A DNA stretch of 32,000 nucleotides, from the NCBI GenBank assembly GCA_964648855.1, contig CAZYLT010000001.1, forward strand, positions 240,001-272,000. The letters are read 5' to 3'. The first letter of the stretch is position 1. Each line of letters begins with the position of its first letter. Positions 26,528 to 32,000 of the stretch are shown here, in pieces. Position numbers and translations under genes: made by a program. This DNA comes from an uncultured archaeon. GTDB taxonomy: Archaea > Asgardarchaeota > Thorarchaeia > Thorarchaeales > Thorarchaeaceae. The notes beneath the pieces are model-generated. The model was not told the origin of the DNA. It searched no databases and saw only the letters and a program-made list of their open reading frames with translations.

Positions 26528-27511
26528 TTATGGGGCCTGTTCGATGAAAGTTGTATTGATGAATCCATCCAAGTATGTATCCGCTTCGGATGGCTCCAAT
26601 GTCACAATATCCTCATCGATAAGGAAGTCTAGATACCGTTCAATACCGGTTCGATCAAGCTCGTAACTGTATATTATTCGCTCAAATGCCATCTGCACAA
26701 TTCCTTCATCCATTTCAAGCCAGTCTATAGCAATCTCAATGGCTTCAGTAGGATTGTTTACAATCCATTCTTCTGCTCTCTTATGGATATTCACAACCTT
26801 CTGGACGATTTCTGGGTTACTCTCAAGAAAACTGTTTGATGTGGCGACAACGCAGCAAGGGTGTTCCGCCCAAATATCTTCGGAAAGAAGTAAGGGTACT
26901 GCAACTCCAGAGGCTTCAGCCTTTGCAGCAAAAGGTTCCCATGCTATGAACGCGGGTGAATCTTCCGATAAGGAATCCTCCATGTATGTCACTGACGTTG
27001 TCTGCGGTGTGATGTCATTGATCGTCATGCCTGATTGATTGAGGGCTAGTCGAAGCAAGAAATTCTGAACGGTAGATGGTCCAGGATAATATACCTTCCT
27101 TCCAGAAAGGTCTGTGATGTTGATAATATCGCCGCTCTCATAGGCAGATTTCAGCACCATTAGAGCAGACCCTTCAAGATTCACAGCAGCCAGAACAGTG
27201 ACAAGCGTCCCCTCATTAATGCTTTTAACAAGGGCAGGAGCAGCACCTAGATACCCCATATCTATTTGACCAGCTCGAAAGCCAGCCATTTCATGTCCGC
27301 CATTCTGGTAGAGTGACAACTCAACAGTCAATCCAGCTTCCTCAAACCATCCCTTCTCAACCGCAACCCGTAAGGCGAGCTGATGCAAGTCCTGTGATAA
27401 GTAGCCAATTCTAACATCAGGGGTGGGTGCAGTATTCAACAGGGCAAAAACACCAACTGAAGTGACAACAAGTGCAATTACTACAAGAGCGATTTTCTGC
27501 TTTCTCTCCAT
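26528..27511 (-). CDS. ABC transporter substrate-binding protein, SsuA/NrtA/CmpA-like, N-terminally anchored
   Basis: TM anchor, VRIGYL, GQIDMGYLGAAP, NLEGSAL, AWEPF, HPCCV; start MERKQK at 27511. Confidence 0.9.
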   Translation of the reverse strand: MERKQKIALVVIALVVTSVGVFALLNTAPTPDVRIGYLSQDLHQLALRVAVEKGWFEEAGLTVELSLYQNGGHEMAGFRAGQIDMGYLGAAPALVKSINEGTLVTVLAAVNLEGSALMVLKSAYESGDIINITDLSGRKVYYPGPSTVQNFLLRLALNQSGMTINDITPQTTSVTYMEDSLSEDSPAFIAWEPFAAKAEASGVAVPLLLSEDIWAEHPCCVVATSNSFLESNPEIVQKVVNIHKRAEEWIVNNPTEAIEIAIDWLEMDEGIVQMAFERIIYSYELDRTGIERYLDFLIDEDIVTLEPSEADTYLDGFINTTFIEQAP

Positions 27512-27595
27512 GGAAGTGTTCTCCAACGCCCTATGAATGGAGTTAGGACATATGAGGATTAACATTGAGGTAGATTATAGTCAAGTTCATAGTGC

Positions 27596-27991
27596 ATGGC
27601 GACAATAGAATATACCATGTCAGTTCGGGAACGCATTCCAGATAAGCTTACGCTAGGAGAAGAGCTCGTAGCAATCTCATTACAGGAAGATGTTGAGGTC
27701 TTTCAGACCAACGATTATGTTATGCTAGAGATAGCGCCTGATGCAGGTCGACTGAATATTCCAAGGATTGCCAACACAATCTATGACCTCGTGAAAGAGG
27801 ACAGAAAGATGGTTGCAGTCCGAGGTTACGGATTCAAGGGCATAGGATTGGGCGTGCGAATAGCTCATGATATTAAGAAAAAGGAGGAGCGTTTCAAGTA
27901 TGAAATGGCCTTTGATACATTCGAGGCAGCAAAAGGAAAAGATGGTAGACCACTGACAAGTGTTCAGATTGTGATTATCCCTCCTGAATGA
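27596..27991 (+). CDS. Alba-like (Alba/Rpp20/Rpp25 fold) nucleic-acid-binding protein with N-terminal extension
   Basis: VAVRGYGFKGIGLGVRIAHDIK...FDTFE...DGRPLTSVQIVI parallels Alba VxIKARGRAISRAVDVAE...IGTE...DG...VSxIEIVL. Confidence 0.6.
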   Translation: MATIEYTMSVRERIPDKLTLGEELVAISLQEDVEVFQTNDYVMLEIAPDAGRLNIPRIANTIYDLVKEDRKMVAVRGYGFKGIGLGVRIAHDIKKKEERFKYEMAFDTFEAAKGKDGRPLTSVQIVIIPPE

Positions 27992-28015
27992 GGCTGGATA
28001 CGGTCTAAAAGAATC

Positions 28016-28654
28016 ATGGAGAGATTTAGATTGCTTCCAGAAGACAGCAAACTAAAGATAGGCAAGCAACCTGAAAAAGTAGTCATAGCACAAATGGACA
28101 AGATTGTATTTCCTGAGATTTGCCCAGTTTGCCTTAACGAAGCTGAGGATCTGGTACCCATCAGCATCTATGAGAAAGAAGAAGACGATATACGCCATCT
28201 TACCGTCCGCTCAGAAGGGGAGGACGAAATTGCACCATTTCTCGCCCAAAGAAAAGGAGCGGTAACATTTTGGATACCTACATGTCTTTTTCATGGTAGT
28301 AAATCAGTAGCAACGACGAAGAAGAAAGTAACGTCCATCATCGGGTTCATGATTCTATTTTATCCACTCTTATTCTATACTCTCGGAGTCATCACCGCTC
28401 TACAGTATGACCGCCCATTAATTCCCGTGGCGGCTCCAATGGCTGGAATATTGATAGTGGTGATCGGAATCATTGGATATGGATTCTATCCCAGGGCCTT
28501 GGAAAGACATGTGAAGTTCATTGATATCGACAGAGCTACGAATCGGTTTTCCGTGTTCGTTAAGAACGATGTGTACAGAGAATTGCTCATCGAACAAAAT
28601 GAGATGCATGCTTCATTGGCAACAAATATGACAAACAGCTTAGAGCAGCGCTAA
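28016..28654 (+). CDS. Hypothetical two-TM membrane protein with putative Zn site
   Basis: FPEICPVC and PTCLFH, followed by two hydrophobic helices. Confidence 0.7.
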   Translation: MERFRLLPEDSKLKIGKQPEKVVIAQMDKIVFPEICPVCLNEAEDLVPISIYEKEEDDIRHLTVRSEGEDEIAPFLAQRKGAVTFWIPTCLFHGSKSVATTKKKVTSIIGFMILFYPLLFYTLGVITALQYDRPLIPVAAPMAGILIVVIGIIGYGFYPRALERHVKFIDIDRATNRFSVFVKNDVYRELLIEQNEMHASLATNMTNSLEQR

Positions 28655-28719
28655 GGACAAACGATAAAATGCAGCTACTTCCTATTGTGATTCGTAGCAG
28701 GTAGGAGCGAAATGAGGAA

Positions 28720-29895
28720 ATGACTACCAAAATGGGCCCTAGCATGATGGTGTTGCTATTCTTAATCAGCAGTCATATCTTGCCCGGTTTTACAACAGCC
28801 ATTTCCACCGTAAATAGTCTACCGATAATTAAGCCCACACAGCATACAAGTACTTCGCCAGTCACAATAGTAGGCAACGAGGAGGTGGGGGCATTTGCCT
28901 CAGCAGGCAACGGATCCCCTGCAAATCCGTATATTATTAGCAATTACAGAATCGAGTCCTCAGATTACTGCCTAAGACTTGAGAATATATCCGACTATGT
29001 AGTAATATCTGATTCTTATTTTTCAGGAGACACAACGAATCTGATGTTAGAGAATGTTTCAAATCTGCTACTTGATAATACAACCCTAGAGGGAGGAGAG
29101 TATGGAGTCTATGCGTTCAATGTGAGCAATGTGGCTCTGCGAGATTGTACGATGGCAGGAAACACCAACGGAGTCTATTTTGGTAGCTCTAGAAACGCTA
29201 CAGTCGAATCTACTAGGATTTATGGAGGATTACTTGGAATTGAATCCAGATTCTCTGCCAATCTCACCGTAAGACAGAACAAGGTGTATGGACATAGTTT
29301 TCGCGGCATATTTCTCAACACCGGAACTACGAATTCCACCGTATTTGGCAACGAGATAGGTTGGAATTCGATTGCCAATGCGAAGGATGATGGTTCTGAC
29401 AATATATGGTGGAGCGAGCAAGAGGGAGGAAATCTCTGGAGCAATTATGATGGAGAGGAAATCTATGAAATTGAAGGCACGGCAGGTTCGGTTGATGAAG
29501 CCCCTAGTTATCTAGCTGATCTGCAGGGTCCACAAGTAGAAGGCCCTGATGACGCATTCGTTGTACAAAATGAAACAGATATCGAGCTGATGTGGATAAC
29601 ACAAGATAACTATCCATTGGTGATTCAAATATACATAGACGATGAGGAACAAGAAAATCAAACCTGGATACCACCCACATTCTTCATGAGAACTGGGAAT
29701 CTTGACATTGGAACCCATAACTTCACATTGATCTTTTCAGATGCATCTGGTAATTCATTCAGAGATGTGGTACTTATCACTGTTACAGTAAGCATCTTTG
29801 GCGGTCTGGGTACGACAATATTGCTTGTTTCATCCATTCTTAGTGTAGTTGGCGTTATTGTTGTGATTTTTGTGCTTAAGAAATCGGCTCCTTGA
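28720..29895 (+). CDS. Surface protein with NosD/PbH1 right-handed beta-helix and C-terminal TM anchor
   Basis: Signal peptide, GNGSPANPYII, repeated N-x-x-I/G-I-x-L units, GNLWSNY, Ig-like tail, TM helix plus KK; many N-x-S/T sequons. Confidence 0.85.
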   Translation: MTTKMGPSMMVLLFLISSHILPGFTTAISTVNSLPIIKPTQHTSTSPVTIVGNEEVGAFASAGNGSPANPYIISNYRIESSDYCLRLENISDYVVISDSYFSGDTTNLMLENVSNLLLDNTTLEGGEYGVYAFNVSNVALRDCTMAGNTNGVYFGSSRNATVESTRIYGGLLGIESRFSANLTVRQNKVYGHSFRGIFLNTGTTNSTVFGNEIGWNSIANAKDDGSDNIWWSEQEGGNLWSNYDGEEIYEIEGTAGSVDEAPSYLADLQGPQVEGPDDAFVVQNETDIELMWITQDNYPLVIQIYIDDEEQENQTWIPPTFFMRTGNLDIGTHNFTLIFSDASGNSFRDVVLITVTVSIFGGLGTTILLVSSILSVVGVIVVIFVLKKSAP

Positions 29896-30859
29896 AAAGG
29901 AAAAACGACAACCTTTCCTCAAATCGGCAGGAAGGGAAGATACATGCCAGTAGGGTTGATTCCTATTTTGCTCACCAAGTTAGGCATTATATTATATATG
30001 ATATCATAGTTGGGGCCCTGTAAAATAAATCCGAGATTGTATGAGTCAAATGATGAAATATCTGCACATCGCAACCCGAAGCTGCCAAAAGCGGACCATT
30101 TTATGTCTCTTAGTATTGATTTCGTGAACAGTACTGAGAATTATTTTACAGAGCCCATAGTTGGTATCCTATGCTGACAGTCTTGACCATTCTTGCGAGA
30201 ATAAATATGATAGTTGTCTAATCTTATTGGGTTGCTTATAGTTCCTGGGTGGGGGGAGTCTCCACCGTTTAAATCCGGGAATCTATGCTAGTTGAAGCCA
30301 TTTACCCCTAAATTCCATGAGAAACCATAATCAAAGCACTCAAAGTGACAAAGAGGGGATATAGCTTCCAGTCTTGCTGTAGTCTATCGAATTATTTCTC
30401 CCTATCCCAGAATAAGAAACAAGTTCCTCTTTGTAGTATACTTCACTTAGATTTTTTGTAACAAATGAAGTATTCCTCAACACAATCCAAGCCATATCTA
30501 CCATCTGATATAATAATCCAAGCTGGTTTTGGAATGAACTCATTTACCATGCACTGCTTTGTTTCGCACATTGACTACAGAATTCTCGCAGATTGTTTGG
30601 CCGGGTGACAAATACCAATCTTATCGAAAAATTGTCTTAGACGGGCAGACGAACCGCCATAGTAATAGCACAGAGAATGTTGTTGGTTCAGAATAGTCCA
30701 TCCAAGAGGTCGTAAGCATCAGCACACTCAAGACTGATTTCAATCACTCTATACAGAGCATCCTATGCATCTCTGATGTTTTCCTCCCTCTTGAATAGCA
30801 GACAAAGATGAAACCAACGGGATGAATGCGGCTGACTTTTGAAGCCGGCCGTTGTTTCT

Positions 30860-31663
30860 TCAGTATCCTCCTTTAAACCATATACCGATGCCATCAACAT
30901 TGTAAGGTTCATCGCTGAAATCAATGTCATAGTTAGATTCGATGGAGCAGTCAATGGAGTGTTGAGTGTCCTTGATATAATAATCCAATTCCAGCCTGCT
31001 TGAATCTTCCGTTTTTATTTTTACTCCAGCTCTAAAACCAACTCCTTTTGCACTATATGCGAATCCCAATTCTACAAAATAGAGGTCTGTCCAAGAGTAT
31101 GACATCGAATATGTTGCACTGCAGTCTTCGCATACATGCACATTTTCATGATAATCACCCGAAGTACCTGAAAGGTCATTATAGAGTAAGTCATAATCAC
31201 CTGCTTCATTAAATCCGAAGATGCCCGATCCTTGGGATGATTCCTCTACAGATACTAATTCGCATGTGTAGTAAGAATTGTACATTGTTATGATGTAATA
31301 TACATCCCAAGTACAAGAATACTGCTTTGCTATTATGCAATGCTCTACCCTATTATCAGGGGTATCAAATGATTTCGAGAAGCCAATTTCTCCTTCGAAG
31401 CCCCCGTCTACACTCCAGCCTCCAAAACCTCCACCTAATTTCACTCGTGCTTCATGGGTTGTAGCCTCGGTAAATGTCCCATAACTGCTATCCCCGGGAG
31501 GGTCATATAACGTGAAAACCGGAATCCATGACAGAGAGGTATCGCGCCCAACGTAGATTTTCTGGTAAGCGGCCACTGGGCTTACATTCATAAGAAAAAC
31601 TACCGAAAGAACAAAGACGAAGAGCATCGCTCTTGAACGTCCACATTTTAGAATTTCAGTCAA
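30860..31663 (-). CDS. Secreted beta-rich hypothetical protein
   Basis: Signal peptide ending VSPVAA; LYDPPGDSSY motif; two amphipathic beta-hairpin-like segments. Confidence 0.75.
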   Translation of the reverse strand: MTEILKCGRSRAMLFVFVLSVVFLMNVSPVAAYQKIYVGRDTSLSWIPVFTLYDPPGDSSYGTFTEATTHEARVKLGGGFGGWSVDGGFEGEIGFSKSFDTPDNRVEHCIIAKQYSCTWDVYYIITMYNSYYTCELVSVEESSQGSGIFGFNEAGDYDLLYNDLSGTSGDYHENVHVCEDCSATYSMSYSWTDLYFVELGFAYSAKGVGFRAGVKIKTEDSSRLELDYYIKDTQHSIDCSIESNYDIDFSDEPYNVDGIGIWFKGGY

Positions 31664-31750
31664 TTACTATCCACCCAATTAATCTATTATATATGTGAAT
31701 ACATATCTTGTTATTGCTTTATATAGGCTTAATATGCATCGGAAGTTAGA

Positions 31751-32000
31751 ATGAATGGGATTAAAATGCAAATTAAAAAAGATGAAATCGTCCTGGTTTT
31801 TTTGACTGCCGCCCTTCTCATTCTCTTCTTTGTTATCCCCCCCCTGTTGATGACTAAAACAGCTAACAAAACAATGGGAATTAACCTTGTCCATGATTCC
31901 GAGGGAACCATGGGTATTTCAAATGGAGTAATAACAGGCAACCTGAATGTATCGATGGACAAAACTGAGAACCATGTAGCAGGTCTATGGACGATTCAAA
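31751..32000 (+). CDS. Partial hypothetical protein with N-terminal TM anchor (runs off the window)
   Basis: Manual translation MNGIKMQIKKDEIVLVFLTAALLILFFVIPPLL...AGLWTIQ stays open to the end; not in the ORF track because it has no stop. Confidence 0.6.
   Translation, partial: MNGIKMQIKKDEIVLVFLTAALLILFFVIPPLLMTKTANKTMGINLVHDSEGTMGISNGVITGNLNVSMDKTENHVAGLWTIQ

Noticed and set aside
30241-30291. GC-rich hairpin with CCGTTTAAATCCGG resembling a tRNA T-arm or att-site remnant
   Set aside because: T-loop consensus is imperfect, there is no cloverleaf, and no integrase or second copy occurs in the window.
31679-31962. Minus-strand ORFs 31679-31894 and 31729-31962
   Set aside because: The plus-strand frame from 31751 with a clear TM anchor is the more plausible gene.
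1-32000. CRISPR array, rRNA/tRNA, transposase, selenoprotein TGA readthrough
   Set aside because: No regularly spaced repeats, RNA gene signatures or transposase motifs were seen by eye, and no gene appeared truncated at an in-frame TGA at a Cys position.

Overview
Gene-dense archaeal window, most likely from an Asgard archaeon (Thorarchaeia-like). The assignment is inferred from a single-domain gelsolin-like protein, a strongly Rab-like GTPase domain, an archaeal geranylgeranyl reductase, IorAB, a tungsten AOR and a C-terminally anchored beta-helix surface protein. Left to right: lyeJ-like prenyltransferase, AOR, small wHTH gene, two MoaD/ThiS (ubiquitin-fold) genes with tails after GG, cruF-like hydratase, lipoate ligase, AhpD-like protein, Zn-dehydrogenase, gelsolin, Zn-ribbon membrane protein, small beta-sandwich protein, anchored purple-acid phosphatase, a repeat-containing hypothetical, a Hef-like helicase with degenerate motifs, LbH acyltransferase, GGR, a structured 500-bp intergenic region, three tandem TrmB-like regulators, DHH phosphoesterase, iorAB, a 776-aa seven-bladed FG-GAP propeller + Ig-like + Rab-like GTPase fusion, a split NitT/TauT ABC transporter, an Alba-like protein, a membrane protein, a NosD-type surface protein, and an AT-rich end with a secreted beta-rich protein. 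The standout is the propeller-Ig-Rab fusion, which resembles a coat/BBSome-type scaffold joined to its own Rab-like switch. No rRNA, tRNA, CRISPR array or transposase was recognised. All calls come from reading motifs by eye; no searches were run.
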